Shown here piece by piece: positions 1 to 13,254 of a stretch of DNA of 64,000 bases (the stretch's first letter is position 1; each line of letters opens with the position of its first letter). This DNA is from Heterodontus francisci. Lineage: Eukaryota. Under the pieces are notes generated by a model, which did no database searches, was not told the origin of the DNA, and saw only the letters and a program-made list of their open reading frames with translations. Position numbers and translations under genes: made by a program. Location: NCBI RefSeq assembly GCF_036365525.1, contig NC_090418.1, positions 14,198,248-14,262,247 on the forward strand. Direction: 5' to 3'.

Positions 1-1875
1 CTGCACTACCCTCATTTTTCTTCCTTGGTACCTCTTGAAAACATTCGATCAAGTTGGGTCACAAAAGATCGTCCTTGAACAATACCATGCTGACTATCCT
101 TGATTAACCTGTGCCTTTCTAAATTACAGTTCATACTGTCTTTCAGAATAGATTCTACTTATTTGCCCACTACTGACGTCATACTGACTGGCCTGTAATT
201 ATTCTATCTATCCCTCACTCACTTTTTAAGCAGAGATACAACGTTAGCAATTCTCCAGTCCTCCATCTGTGTCCAGTGAGGACTGGAAAATAATGGTGAG
301 ACCTTCTGTTATTGCCTCTCTTGCTTCTTTCAACAGCCTAGGGTACATTTCATCTGGCACTGATAATTTATCAACTTTCAAGCATGCTAATCCCATTACT
401 ACGTCCTCTCTGCCAATATATGTCATGCCCAATACATCACTCTCCTCCTCCATAACTACAATATCTGCATCGCCCCCGTTTTTTGTGAAGACAGACGCAA
501 AGCATTGGTTAAGAATCATAACAGCATCTTCTATTCCTATGCATAGTTTACCTTTTTGGTCTTTAATGCGCTACTATCTCCGTAGTTCCTGCAACTCTTA
601 ATGTATTGAGAACACATCTTTGGGTTGACCTTGATTTTGCTTGCCAATATTGTTTCATGCCTTCTCTTTGCCCTCCCAATTTCCCTTTTGATTTCATCCC
701 TGCACTTTCTATACTCCTCTTGGCTTTTTCTCGTATTTGTTCTCGGTATAGATATAAGCTTCCCTTTCGTGCCTTATCTCTTTCTGTAAGCTCCTTGACA
801 TCCATGGTGCTCTATATTTGGCAGTCTTTTCCTTTTTCTTTGTGGGAACATGTTTACTCTGAACTCCTTTCATCTCTCGTTTGAATGCCTCCCACTGCTC
901 TGACAGTGACTTACCTTCAAGTATCTGTTTCCAGTCCACTTTCGCTGAGTCACTCCTCAGTTTAATCAACTTTGCCTTGCCTCAGTTGAGAAATCTAACT
1001 CCTGTTCTATCGCTGGCCTTTTGCAAAATTATGTTACAACTGATTCAATTATGATCACCAGCAACAAAATGCTCTCCCACTGCCAGTCCTTCCACCTGCC
1101 CAACTTAATTTCCTAAAACAAAGTCTAAACCTTCTGCCTCTCTTGTTGGACTTCCTATATACTGGCCAAAAAGTTCTCCTGAATGCACCTCAATAATTCT
1201 GCTCCCTGAAATAAAATACCATGTAAATAAAATTCTGTTTTCCTATTCTTCACCCCAAAGTGAGCAACCTTACAATTTTCCATGTTATACTCCATCAGCC
1301 AAATTACATAACCTATCTAAATTTCTTTGCAGACACTTTATGTCCTCTTCACAACTTCCTTTCATATATATCTTTGTATCGTTAGCAAATTTATTTACAA
1401 TACCCTGGGTCCCTTCATCCAAGCTCTAAAAATAGAGAGTTAAGTGTTGAGGCCCAAGCGCTGATCCCTGTGGCACAACGTCAGTTCCAGTTTGCCATCC
1501 TGAAAATGCTCCATACAGCGTAATATATTCTACCCAACATCATGAGCTATTATCTAGTGGAGTCACATTTTATGTTGCAACTTACCGAATACATCTTGGA
1601 AATCTGGTTCCTATTTATCCACCCTGTATGTTACATCCTCAAAGAACCAAAATAACATTGTCAAGCACGAGTTCCCTTTCGTGAAAACCTGATGATTGGC
1701 TTATAACGGTTTGATTTCCAAATGTCTTGCTACTAATATCTTAATAACGGATTCTAGCATTTTCCCAAATACAGATGGTATGCTGACTTGGCTATAGTTC
1801 CCTGCTCTCTGTCCGCCTGTTTTCTTGAATAGAGGTATTTTATTTGCGTTTTTCCAATCCATTGAGACCTTTCCA
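1..1875 (-). mobile_element. Decayed CR1 LINE ORF2 fragments (two pieces, junction near 1210)
   Basis: Minus-strand translations FASVFT..KVDKLSVPDEMYPRLLKE and DWKNANKIPLFKK..NYSQVS..GKMLE match CR1 ORF2; stops and frameshifts. Confidence 0.85.
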
Positions 1876-2499
1876 GATTGTGCCACGAGAACCGTTTGCA
1901 TGCATTTGCTGTGCTCTGCTGGAAAAAGCCATAACATGAGAGTTTCTTACCTGTAGAAAAGGATTCTGAACCCTAGATTAAATTAATACATGAACTGGAA
2001 TTTTCACTTTGTTTGCCATATTGTTTATCACATTTCACTGCACTCAGACTTGATGAAAATGATGGCCCGGTGGTGTCTTTCTGGCAACAACAAAATGGGA
2101 AGGGCAGGCTTCAAATATCGTGCTCTGCACAAACCCAATAATCCAATGTATAGAAAGGTGCAATCACCAGGCTTATGATTGTTGCTCCACAGGAAAAATG
2201 TAACGTAAGAAAGTATAGAAATGAAACTGATTTCCATCAGTTTCACACTCTATCTATTGTAGCCACAGTGTAAATCACATGAGTCAGCGATAACAGAAAA
2301 AAAACACCATCTGAATTGCAGCTTATCTCGGTATGCTTGAGCCTGATAAATGTTAGCAAACTCGATTATTGGACCAGCTCTCAGAATTGCTGATTCAGTT
2401 ACAGTGTGGGAAACCGGGTCAGTGTTCATAACCGGAATCTGGAAACTTACTTTATTCGGACCCGGGTTCAGTAATTATTATTAATCCAGTAATATAATC

Positions 2500-3025
2500 A
2501 CGCGGGAGTAGCAGCACTGGTAGCCGGATGTGCGTTGTGCCAGTACCCTGGGTATGTACGATACTGGTACCAGCAGTTGTGCTATATTGTGTCCTGGGAG
2601 TGTGGTGTACCTGGGCAGGAACTGTGTTGTATCGGGAGCTGGTTGTCTGCCATAGCTAGAAAGGGGAGTGCGGTGCCAGGGACCGCCGAATGTGCTGTAT
2701 TGGGATACAGGAGTTTAATGGCTTGCTACTCGGGGATTTGTTGCACAGTTATCCAGGGCCATGTTGCATTTGCACATGCTAGTTTGCTGTACTGGAGTGG
2801 TGGTGTGTTCCATTCCGGAAAATGCAGTATCTACTGTACTTGTTCCAGAAAGTGATATACTGGGTCCCAGGAGCATACTGTGTGGGGACACGGGCAGGCG
2901 CTGCACCTCGGCCCTTGGCCATGATATCCTGGGACCGGGGAATGTGTGGCTCCGGGACTCACGGGTGCACTGTACCAAGACTCCTGACTTATATTGTGTG
3001 ATGTTCCAGCACTGGGGAGTGAGCG
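2500..3025. repeat. Highly degenerate ~22-bp minisatellite (approx. GGGAGTGTGCTGTACCGGGACC)
   Basis: Recurring gtgctgtac/gtgttgtat + ggg motifs at ~21-24 bp spacing; paralogues at ~12043-12565 and ~45330-45690 + 47547-47805. Confidence 0.6.
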
Positions 3026-3366
3026 GTATTCGGATGAGGAATTTAGCAGTAGCATTCCCTTCTGATCTGACACAGATTTATATTTGTTCTCCTACAATTT
3101 ATCAAATGATGAAGCAAGTTAGCAATTGGCAAACTCTCATTCACCACAGATCAAAATCTGCTTTATTCAAGAACAGGCAAATGGTACAGACAACTGAGCA
3201 TGATAATATGTTCGATGTAATCATTTCAACATCTGCCTGGAAATTAAACACATTCCGAATAGCACAGGGAGAACCGGTGGGGGAGGGGGTGGGGGTGCAG
3301 CGGTGGGGGTTGAGGGGTGGGGGTGGCTTCAATTGATAACGCATCTGCAGATATTGTGAGATCATT

Positions 3367-4268
3367 TCATCGGATTAATTTGACAATAATTGTATGAGGA
3401 TATTTAACTCCATTTATCAATTCCTGCCTGAATTTTCTTTGGGTCACTGCATAAATAAACGTGTTTGTGCAGCAACTCAAGAGCTGGAGCATGAAGCCTA
3501 TCTCTTGAACAAATGTTGGCAGGGAAACAGTAACCAGGTGCCACATGTATTCCAGTCGTTTCAAAATGGAACAAACCATAAACACCACCCATAACAGTAT
3601 GAAATTCCCCGATATAACGAACAATAAAATCATGGATTTTCTTCGGTTCGCCATCTCTGGGTCACTGGGACTGTCCCCTCTGCTCCCACCCCGCAGCCGC
3701 CTGCGGGCTCTACTGGTCACTATAATGTTTCTGACCGTCAGTGCATTGAATAGTAGAATCAAAATAAATGGAATAAGAGGTGTTAAAATGTAATGCATTA
3801 ATTCCGTAACAGCCCAGGCCAGTGAGAGAGATACCGCTGATAACACGACGCAAAACCAGGGACTGTTAGAAATCGTATATTTAGATTCATACAGAAAATA
3901 CCAGAATATGTTCTTCATACAGCTCAGCATAGTCACTGTTCCGAGAACCACAGCGGCTGTTTTCTCTGTGCAGTATTTTGTTTGCAGCTTCTGACAACAA
4001 ATGGCTACAAATCGATCAAAGGAGAACATGACGGTAAACCAGACAGAACAGTCTGTGGAGGCATAAAGCAGGACAGCGTGGATATTACAAACTCTAATGT
4101 AATGCAGAAAAGCAGATTGTTCCCGATAAACAATTGGAATCTGCCTTAGGATCAGATCGAAAATAACGACCAATAGGTCCGCCGCTGCCATGGCTACGAG
4201 ATAGCAGGTGACACATTTGGACAGACCACACTTTGCCCGAGATAGGATCACAATCGTCACCACGTTAA
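3367..4268 (-). CDS. GPR139/GPR142-like class A GPCR, copy 1, coding exon 2 (end of TM1 to stop)
   Basis: Open 902-nt exon after acceptor ttctgctaacAG; YLVAMAAADLL (TM2), FDRFVAIC (TM3), CCTNTFIY (TM7); joins exon 1 in phase 1 to give 332 aa. Confidence 0.92.
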
Positions 4269-4983
4269 CTGTTAGCAGAAGTGAATAGTAAATTACTCAT
4301 CAAACACCACAATAATAGAAGTTTGACGTGCTTTGGTGAAATAATGGAAAAGGATGTGGAATACGTCTATTCACGTTCTTCACAATAAACTGAAATTCGG
4401 AAAAAAAATATGATGGTATCTGTTATCTTTTCTGTGACACAACATCCTGTCTATATATTTTGCAATCACAGTAATCTGTAATGAATCGGCAGTTAAATGA
4501 TACAATGGAATCAAATGAAACAAGGTTACAATAGTAAGTCAGTTTAGATTAAATAAAAAGAGGACAAAAATCGGGAGCCACACTTCCATATGGACAGTGG
4601 AAAGTGATTCAGCTATTCAATCAGTTGGACCTGTTACGCCATTCAATTAGTTTGCAGCTGATCTGTATCTGAACATCCATCCACACCCCACGGATTCTTA
4701 ATCCTGGGGGGGAAAAAAATCTATCAATCGCAGTTTTGAAACATTCAATTCACCTCGTTTGAATGGCCTGGTATGGGGAAGTTTTCCAGATTTCCACTGC
4801 GCATTAACTGAATCGGATCGAAATTAAGTACACAAAAATAATTTGATTGACATCAGTGAAGGAGAGCTCACATTCATGGAACATAGGTCACAATCAAATA
4901 TACATGTTGAGAAAATACAAATAATTGTACAAACTGATTAAAGACAGAAATAAAGGGAGATATAAAGGATAAAGAATTATGAA

Positions 4984-5075
4984 GCAAAGAAAGGATGAAA
5001 GAAGGAAGGAAAGGAGGAAAGAAAGAAAGAAAAAGAAAGGAAGAAAGAAAGAAAGGGAGAAAGAAGGAAGGAAGA
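4984..5075 (+). repeat. Purine-rich (GAAA/GGAA)n microsatellite in GPCR intron
   Basis: Direct reading; paralogues at ~15228-15325 and ~51290-51385. Confidence 0.85.
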
Positions 5076-5292
5076 ACTCACATCTATTGACACTGAACAG
5101 AAAATCCGGTCATGCAAAACACTTTACGGCCAGTGAAGTACCTTTCCCATATATTCACGGTTGCAAGTTTGAAGTGCAGTCACGATCGCAATATAAGGAA
5201 TGTCATACAGTACATTTCTGGACGTGCAGACTCAGATATTACATGCTGCTAAACTCCAGTTACTGAAGTACCAGCTCCAGGTAGCAACTTAC

Positions 5293-5389
5293 TCGGGACA
5301 GCAATCGCAGCCAAGATGGGGAAGTAAATCTTTTCTATATCATTAAGCGCCCAAAGAATTTTGAGTTTTATCAGGAAACTAAGAGACAT
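5293..5389 (-). CDS. GPR139/GPR142-like GPCR, copy 1, coding exon 1
   Basis: ATG at 5389, MSLSFLIKLKILWALNDIEKIYFPILAAIAVP, donor A|GTAAGT at 5292; 97 nt (phase 1) matches exon 2; in-frame stop upstream. Confidence 0.85.
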
Positions 5390-6489
5390 TATTTTCACTT
5401 TTGGTAAGAGTCGATGATTCGATGTTGTTGATGCTGGAAGAAATTCTCCGATTGACACATTGAGAGGATCTCCATTCTTTATAGGCGAAAACACAAATCC
5501 ATTAGGTCAGATAATTGGTTTCCTTACAGTCACTGAACAAACAGATGAAGTCAACAGCCTTCACTCCAGGATTGTTTAAAAATAGCAGCGGGATTTCGAA
5601 ATAGACATTTCCTTGAAGACCGGGTTAAAGCTGGACCTTCATTCACTCATACAAGTCCCACAATCCTAAGAAGTATTTCACTGATGTCTTTTCTCAAAAA
5701 GAATGCTACTAGACAGTGGATTTGTCCAGTGTCATCAAATAAAAGCCCGAACAAATGTGTTCCTATTCGAGAGGATCAACCAAAGAAGAAGTTAAGTAAA
5801 AAGAAAAACATAAGAATTTTAATATCTGAAATAATAACATTACTGACAGTTTCCATCAAGCCCTCCGTACCTGCGGTGCAACTTCAAAAAGATGCTGCCT
5901 GTTTTACTGATTGTTTGCAGCCTATTTTTCTTATCATTCAGATTCCCAGCTTCCACAATATTGCTTTCGTTTCAAGAATTTAAAAACATTTCCTGGATAT
6001 TTATTCTAAGCTGCTTCTTGTACAAAATGAATTGATTCAGAAAGCATCTTTTCCAGTTGATGATACCGGTCAGAATAAAAATGTCTTACACAAAGGAAAG
6101 AAGGAAGAAATCTAGTCACCTTTTATTGTGGGCACTATTGTAACAATCGCTGGCTGCAGTTAAGAACCGTCTCTTGGAAATTATTGATGCGTGATTCTTC
6201 TGAATTTTAATTAAAAGTTTAATATTCTTGCTTAAGAAACAGGGAGACAGATTTGAAACTATCACATCAAGTGTTTGCACGTCATCATTACACTGTCAAA
6301 GTTCAGGGTTTTGTCAATATTGGATGGTGATTATCTCAACAAGTGTGACTGACGTTTAGCGATTTCTTAACTGGTGGAATTGTCCAGCTACTGATTTCGA
6401 ATCTTGTGCCTCTCTCCATCTTCTAACAAAGTGTGCCCTAATTTCCCTGCTTATTACCTTAAACGAGCAACACTGGCAACCTCCACCCA

Positions 6490-6745
6490 TTTTGTGCATT
6501 TCTTTATTCCTTCTTGGGTGGTGAGTGTCGCTGGTGATGCCAGCATTTGTTTTCCATTCCTAACAGCCCTTGAGACGCTGGTGGTGTGCGTCTTTCTTGA
6601 ACAGTGGTTCTCCATTGGATGTATGCACACCCATAGTGCTGTTATGGATTGCATTTCTGACATTGGCTCAGCGATACTGAAGCTTCACCGAAATAGTTCC
6701 AGTTCTGGATGGTATGAGGCGTGGAGGAAAACTTTCAGTGGCATC
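6490..6745 (-). mobile_element. Old 3' fragment of LINE-A
   Basis: Reverse complement of the LINE-A tail (gccagcatttg..ttcctaacagcccttgag); same insertion at ~17570-17820 and 59760 onward. Confidence 0.65.
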
Positions 6746-6749
6746 ACCA

Positions 6750-7580
6750 ACGTCTTGCCCAATCACTTAACCTGTGCTTAACGCATTGTAGACTCCTTAC
6801 TTCCTCCACACAGCTTACCTTCCCAGCCAACCTTGTACAGTCAGCAACTTTGGATATAACCCTCATCTGAGTTATTAATTTGGATATAAAATAGCTGAAA
6901 TCCAAGCACAGATTCTTGTGGTGTTTCTCTAGTTGCACTCCACCATCCCAAAAATTACCTGTTTTTCCCTAGTGTCTGTTTGCTGCCTGTTCTGTCAGCT
7001 AACTAATTATCAAATCAAGTAAGTGTCTTACCCCGTATCCCATGAGCCCTAACCTTGTGAAAGTACCACTTGAGTAGCATCTTTTCGAATTTTCTCTGGA
7101 ATCCCAAGCATCCTGCAGTTACTAATTATCCCTCACCTGCAGAGCTAGTTACACCCACAAATAAAAACAATAAACAATTTGTTAAACATCGTTTTTATTG
7201 TTTCACGTACTTAACATTATATCATAGCATTTTCCCGAGTTATAATCTCAGGCTAACTAGCCCATACTTCCCCTGTACACCCTCGATATGATAACGGTAT
7301 TACATTTACTACTTTCGAATCCAGGTGGACCTTTCGGGAACATCGGGAATTGTGGAGCCTAAAACAAATGCATCCAGTACCTCTGCAGCCACAAGTTGAC
7401 TATCAAATGCGAACGATCTATCGGCATTTCGTCCCATGATGTTATCTAACACGTTTGCTTTAATATTATTAATTTTGTTAAATTCTTCATCCTCACTAGA
7501 TCCTTGATATAGACAATTGTAACATGTTCCATCAGCCTTCTAATGTGAAGACTGATACAAAATATTTGTGGAACGTCTCT
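6750..7580 (-). mobile_element. Old fragmented CR1 ORF2
   Basis: Minus translation ISKVADCTRLAGKVSC..SLQC..RLSDWARRW (degenerate FADD region). Confidence 0.7.
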
Positions 7581-7734
7581 GTGGTTATTCTTAACTTGTC
7601 CAATTATACATTGTAATGCCACTTTTCAAGTGGAGCTTTTATTCCTCAACGGAACGTATATTCGATGAGAGGTATGATGTATTTCTTTAAACGTTTCCCA
7701 TTGCATACTTGCGTTCATTAAAAAAAAAATCTAA

Positions 7735-7806
7735 TTTGCCCCGTTCTCTGTCGAGCGTCAGTAGCTTCTTGTTTTCCACCTGAGAGGGCAGATGGCCCCT
7801 TGGTTG
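7735..7806 (-). mobile_element. Short DeuSINE (SacSINE1-like) central-domain remnant
   Basis: Minus strand ccaaggggccatctgccctctcaggtgga resembles the shark Deu-domain motif GGCCCCGTCTGCCCTCTCAGGTGGA (recalled, not aligned). Confidence 0.45.
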
Positions 7807-8029
7807 ATGAGTTAGAAGAGAAAGAAATTGATAGTATTAAACGATTATTAATTCACAGGTAAATAAGTGCGTTGACTCTTAGGCCGAACGCGTTGTAAAT
7901 TTAGCGATGAAACGTCTGACAGTGCTCACGGGGAGAATGTCAAACTTGGTTTTATTAACACCGTATTCTCACCAACTGAACAAAACGGCAGTATGGACAC
8001 AGTGGTGAGTGATGCACCGGTGTAGATCA

Positions 8030-8715
8030 TTTAGTTCCCAGAGTCCTTTCCACCAATCAATGAGATCATGGATAATCTGCGACCCATCTTCATATACCCA
8101 CCTGTGATCCATGCCTCTTAATCCCTGTGACTGACAAAAAAGAAATCGATCTATTTCAGTTTTAAATTGAACAACTGATCAGACATCAATTGCTTTTTGC
8201 TGAAGTGAGTTACAAACTTCTAGCATCCTTTGCATGAAGAAATGTTTCTTAATTTCACTCCTGAAAGGTCTGGCCGCAATGTTTTGACTATGCCCCCTCG
8301 TCTCAGAGGCACCAACTAACATATATACTTCCTCGTATTCTACTTCATCTTTCCCCCTTAATAAATTGTAAAAAATCAATCACCTCTTAACCTTCTAAAT
8401 TTTAGTTAATTTCAGGGAACACATCACTAGTTTGTTTAATTGCTCCCCGAGTTTAATCCTTGGATTCTAGCGATCATGCTAAATCCATGCTACACTCCCT
8501 TCAAGGTCAATATATTATTTTTAAGGTGAGGTGCCGAGAACTGCTCGCTTTCCTTCAGGGAAATCGTACAGCAGAACATGACTGCTACCCACTTGCATTC
8601 CAATACTCTAGGTATAAATGCCAGCATTTCATTAGCCCCTTTGAATATTTTCTGTTCCTGCTGATGACATTTTAATGATCTGCATACATCAACCGCAAGG
8701 GCTCTTTGGCGCAAT
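8030..8715 (-). mobile_element. Decayed CR1 3' end
   Basis: Minus translations TRGHS..FRSEIKKHFFMQR and ANEMLAFI; paralogue ~21250-21935. Confidence 0.8.
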
Positions 8716-8987
8716 TTTATCTCGTTGGTTCACGTGTGCACAGCAACAATCTGCAAGGTACCGTGTATTGAAATAAACAGGCTGCTCACAACAGCGAGCA
8801 CGAGGGGAAGATGGCATGGATACGATGGTGCCAGGGATGGGCAACAAACCCCAATGGAAAATGCTGAAGTGGCTGAAAGAGAGCATGAAAAGGCGCAGTC
8901 ATAATTGTAGGACCAGAAAGTGTGGTAAACAGGGATTTTGTGTTCAGAGGAGCAGCAAGCACGGGAGAGAGGGAATATGTGATTCGA

Positions 8988-9113
8988 GAAGGGTCACTGA
9001 GCCAATACGTTAACTCTGCTTCTCTTTCCACAGATGCTGCCAGACCTGCTGAGTGATTCCAGCATTTCTTGTTTTTGTTTCAGATTTCCAGCATTTCTTG
9101 TTTTTGTTTTATA
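8988..9113 (+). mobile_element. Penelope-like element 3' terminal remnant with partial hammerhead motif
   Basis: aagggtcactga..cgttaactctgcttctctttccacagatgctgccagacctgctgag, near identical to PLE ends at 17320-17445 and 40305-40426. Confidence 0.85.
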
Positions 9114-11420
9114 TCTTTGCCCTGTTTGGCCTCTCCAAAGCATCCCCTCACATTTCTCCAGGTTGAGTTCCATTTGGCAAGCTTTTGCCCATCCGACCTG
9201 ACCATCAATATCTTCTTGAAGCCGACAGCCATCTTCTTTGGTATTTACCACACGGCCAATCTTTGTTTCATCTGCAAACTTCTTCATCATGCCCCATACA
9301 CTTTTGTCCAAATCGTTAATTTATACCACATAAAGCAGGGTACCCACTACTGAGCCGACGGAACGCTACTGGAAACAACCCTCCAGTCGCCCAAACACCC
9401 GTTCAACAATTACCCTTTGTTTCCTGCCACTGTGCCAATTTCGAAGCCACCTTGTTGCATTTCCCTGGATCCCATTGGATTTTATTTTTGCAACCAGTCT
9501 GCCATGTGCTCCTTGTTAAAGCCTTTCTAAAATCCATGTAAACCAACTGCACTACCCTCATTTTTCTTCCTTGGTACCTCTTGAAAACATTCGATCAAGT
9601 TGGGTCACAAAAGATCGTCCTTGAACAATACCATGCTGACTATCCTTGATTAACCTGTGCCTTTCTAAATTACAGTTCATCCTGTCTTTCAGAATAGATT
9701 CTACTTATTTGCCCACTACTGAAGTTAGACTGACTTGCCTGTAATTATTCTATCTATCCCTCACCCACCTTTTAAACAGAGATCCAACGTTAGCAATTCT
9801 CCAGTCCTCCATCTGTGTCCAGTGAGGACTGGAAAATAATGGTTAGACCTTCTGTTATTGCCTCTCTTGCTTCTTTTAACAGCCTAGGGTACATTTCATC
9901 TGGCACTGATAATTTAACAACTTTCAAGCATGCTAATCCCATTACTATGTCCTCTCTGCCGATATATGTCATGCCCAATACATCACTCTCCTCCTCCATA
10001 ACTACAATATCTGCATCGCCCCCGTTTTTTGTGAAGACAGACGCAAAGCATTGGTTAAGAATCATAACAGCATCTTCTATTCTTATGCATAGTTTACCTT
10101 TTTGGTCTTTAATGCGCTACTATCTCCATAGTTCCTGCAACTCTTAATGTATTGAGAACACATCTTTGGGTTGACCTTGATTTTGCTTGCCAATATTGTT
10201 TCATGCCTTCTCTTTGCCCTCCTAATTTCCCTTTTGATTTCACCCCTGCACTTTCTATACTCCTCTTGGCTTTTTCTCGTATTCGTTCTCGGTATAGATA
10301 ACAGCTTTCCTTTTCTGCCTTATCTCTTTCTGTAAGCTCCTTGACATCTATGGGGCTCTATATTTGGCAGTCTTTTCCTTTTTCTTTGTGGGAACATGTT
10401 TACTCTGAACTCCTTTCATCTCCCGTTTGAATGCCTCCCACTGCTCTGACAGTGACTTACCTTCAAGTATCTGTTTCCAGTCCACTTTCGCTGAGTCACT
10501 CCTCAGTTTAATCAAATTTGCCTTGCCTCATTTGAGAAATCTAAATCCTCTTCTGTCGCTAGCCTATTGCAAAATTATGTTACAACTGATTCAATTATGA
10601 TCACTAGCAACAAAATGCTCTCCCACTGCCAGTCCTTCCACCTGTCCAACTTAATTTCCTAAAACAAAGTCTAAACCTTCTGCCTCTCTTGTTGGACTTC
10701 CTATATACTGGCCAAAATGTTCTCCTGAATGCACCTCAATAATTCTGCTCCCTCAAATAAAATACCATGTAAATAAAATTCTGTTTTCCTATTCTTCACC
10801 CCAAAGTGAGCAACCTTACATTTTTCCATGTTATACTCCATCAGCCAAATTACATAACCTATCTAAATTTCTTTGCAGACACTTTATGTCCTCTTCACAA
10901 CTTCCTTTCCTATATATCTTTGTATCGTTAGCAAATTTATTTACAATACCCTGGGTCCCTTCATCCAAGCTCTTTAAATAGACAGTTAAGTGTTGAGGCC
11001 CAAGCGCTGATCCCTGTGGCACACCACCATTTCCAGTTTGCCAACCTGAAAATGCTCCATACAGCGTAATATATTATACCCAACATCATGAGCTATTATC
11101 TAGTGGAGTCACATTTTATGTTGCACCTTACCAATACATTTTGGAAATCTGGTTCCTATGTATCCACCCTGTATGTTACATCCTCAAAGAACCAAAATAA
11201 CATTGTCAAGCACGAGTTCCCTTTCGTGAAAACCTGATGATTGGCTAATAACGGTTTGATTTCCAAATGTCTTGCTGCTAATATCTTAATAACGGATTCT
11301 AGCATTTTCCCAAATACTGATGGTATGCTAACTTGGCTATAGTTCCTTGCTCTCTGTCTGCCTGCTTTCTTGAATAGAGGTATTTCATTTGCGTTTTTCC
11401 AATCCATTGAGACCTTTCCA
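9114..11420 (-). mobile_element. Decayed CR1 ORF2 fragments (from 9547 on, paralogous to 1-1875)
   Basis: KFADETKIGRVV, PQGSALGP..KFANDTK in minus translations. Confidence 0.85.
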
Positions 11421-13254
11421 GATTGTGCCACGAGAACTGTTTGCATGCATTTGCTGTGCTCTGCTGGAAAAAGCCATAACATGAGAGTTTCTTATCTGTA
11501 GAAAAGGATTCTGAACACTTGATTAAATTAATACATGAAGTGGCATTTTCACTTTGTTTGCCATATTGTTTATCACATTTCACTGCACTCGGACTTTATG
11601 AAAATGATGGCCCGGTGGTGTTTTTCTGGCAACAACATAATGGGAAGGGCAGGCTTCAAATATCGTCCTCTGCACAAACCCAATAATCCAATGTATGGAA
11701 AGATGCAATCACCAGGCTGATGATTGTTGCTCCACAGGAAAAATGTAACAGAAGAAAGTATAGAAATGAAACTGATTTCCATCAGTTTCACACTCTATCT
11801 ATTGTAGCCACAGTTTAAATCACATGAGTCACCGATAACAGAAAAAAACACCAACTGAATTGCAGCTTATCTCGGTCTGCTTGAGCCTGATAAATGTTAG
11901 CGAACTCGATTATTGGACCAGCTCTCAGAATTACTGATTCAGTTACAGTGTGGGAGACCGGGTCAGTGTTTAACTGGAATCTGGAAACTTACTTTATTCG
12001 GACCCGGGTTCAGTAATTACTATTAATCCAGTAATATAATCACGCGGGAGTAAACAGCACTGGTAGCCGGATGTGCGTTGTGCCAGTACCCTGGGTATGT
12101 ACGATGCTGGTACCAGAAATTGTGCTATATTGCGTCCTGGGAGTGTGGTGTACCTGGGCAGGAACTGTGTTGTATCGGGAGCTGGTTGTATGCCATAGCT
12201 AGACAGGGGAGTGCGCTGCCATGGACCACCGAATGTGCTGTATTGGGATACAGGAGTTTAATGGCTTGCTACTCGAGCATTTGTTGCACAGTTATCCAGG
12301 GCCATGTTGTATTGGTGCCCGCTAGTTTGCTATACTGGAGTGGTGGTGTGTTCCGTTCCGGAAAATGCAGTATCTACTGTACTGGTTCCAGAAAGTGACC
12401 TACTGTGTCCCAGGAGCATACTTTGTGGGAACCCGGGCAGGCGCTGCACCTCGGCCCTTGGCCATGATATCCTGGGACTGGGGAATGTGTGGCTCCGGGA
12501 CTCAGTCGTGCGCTGTACCGTGATTCCTGACTTATATTGTGTGATGTTCCAGGACTGGGGAGTGAGCGGTATTCGGATGAGGAATTTAGCAGTAGCATTC
12601 CCTTCTGATCTGACACAGATTTCTATTTGTTCTCCTACAATTTATCAAATGATGAAGCATGTTATCAATTGGCAAAGTATCTTTCAGCATAGATCAAAAT
12701 CTGCTTTATTCAAGAACAGGCAAATGGTACAGAAAACTGAGTATGATAATATGTTCGATGTAATCATTTCAACATCTACCTGGAAATTGGACACATTCCG
12801 AATAGCACAGGGAGAAGGAGTGAGGGAGGGGGTGGGCTTGTGGGGGGTGGGGGAGGGGGTGGTGGGGTGTTGGCGGGGGAGTTGGTGGACGTCTATGTGG
12901 ATCGGGTACTGGTAATTTATTATAGAAAATATAGTTTTATTCTCTATCAATCCCGATGACGGTGGAGAAATCAATAACCTTCACAGCCTTCCTTTTTTCC
13001 TGCTGCCTTTCCAGTTTTCCTGATCCTGTGCTCTCTCTCAAATCATATTACTTCAGAAAAAAGCAAAGGTCAGAGAAACTTTTCAACACTGAGACTCGGC
13101 GTCTGCCTTGGCAATGTAAGCTCATGGTGAATTTTGGAGAAAAATACAATCATAGCAAGTGTTCATTCCCAAAGTACCCTGGATTGTGTACACCAGTACG
13201 ATTGTGGAAAGGAGGCGTTCGTTGAAATGCATCTGTCGTTATTGTGAGATCATT

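Larger units (their letters stand above)
1..8987. repeat. Segmental duplication unit 1 (GPCR-containing), left end outside window
   Basis: Position 1 (ctgcactaccctcatttttc) recurs at 9547; colinear high similarity continues until gggaatatgtgattcgag at ~8987 / ~22207. Confidence 0.93.

Noticed and set aside
3275-3326. G-run tract (potential G-quadruplex) 3' of the GPCR, also ~12815-12890
   Set aside because: Variable low-complexity sequence, nearly absent in unit 3; no evidence of function.
2761-3336. 191-aa ORF, with 203-aa paralogue at 12304-12915
   Set aside because: Lies over the degenerate minisatellite; conservation is explained by recent duplication, and it is interrupted by a SINE/RTE region in unit 3.
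5249-5494. 81-aa ORF as a stand-alone gene (also 15485 and 51557)
   Set aside because: It is GPCR exon 1 plus read-through into UTR and intron.
5684-5983. 99-aa ORF duplicated at 15919
   Set aside because: No recognisable domain, ends in a PLE-like tail relic and is not maintained in unit 3.
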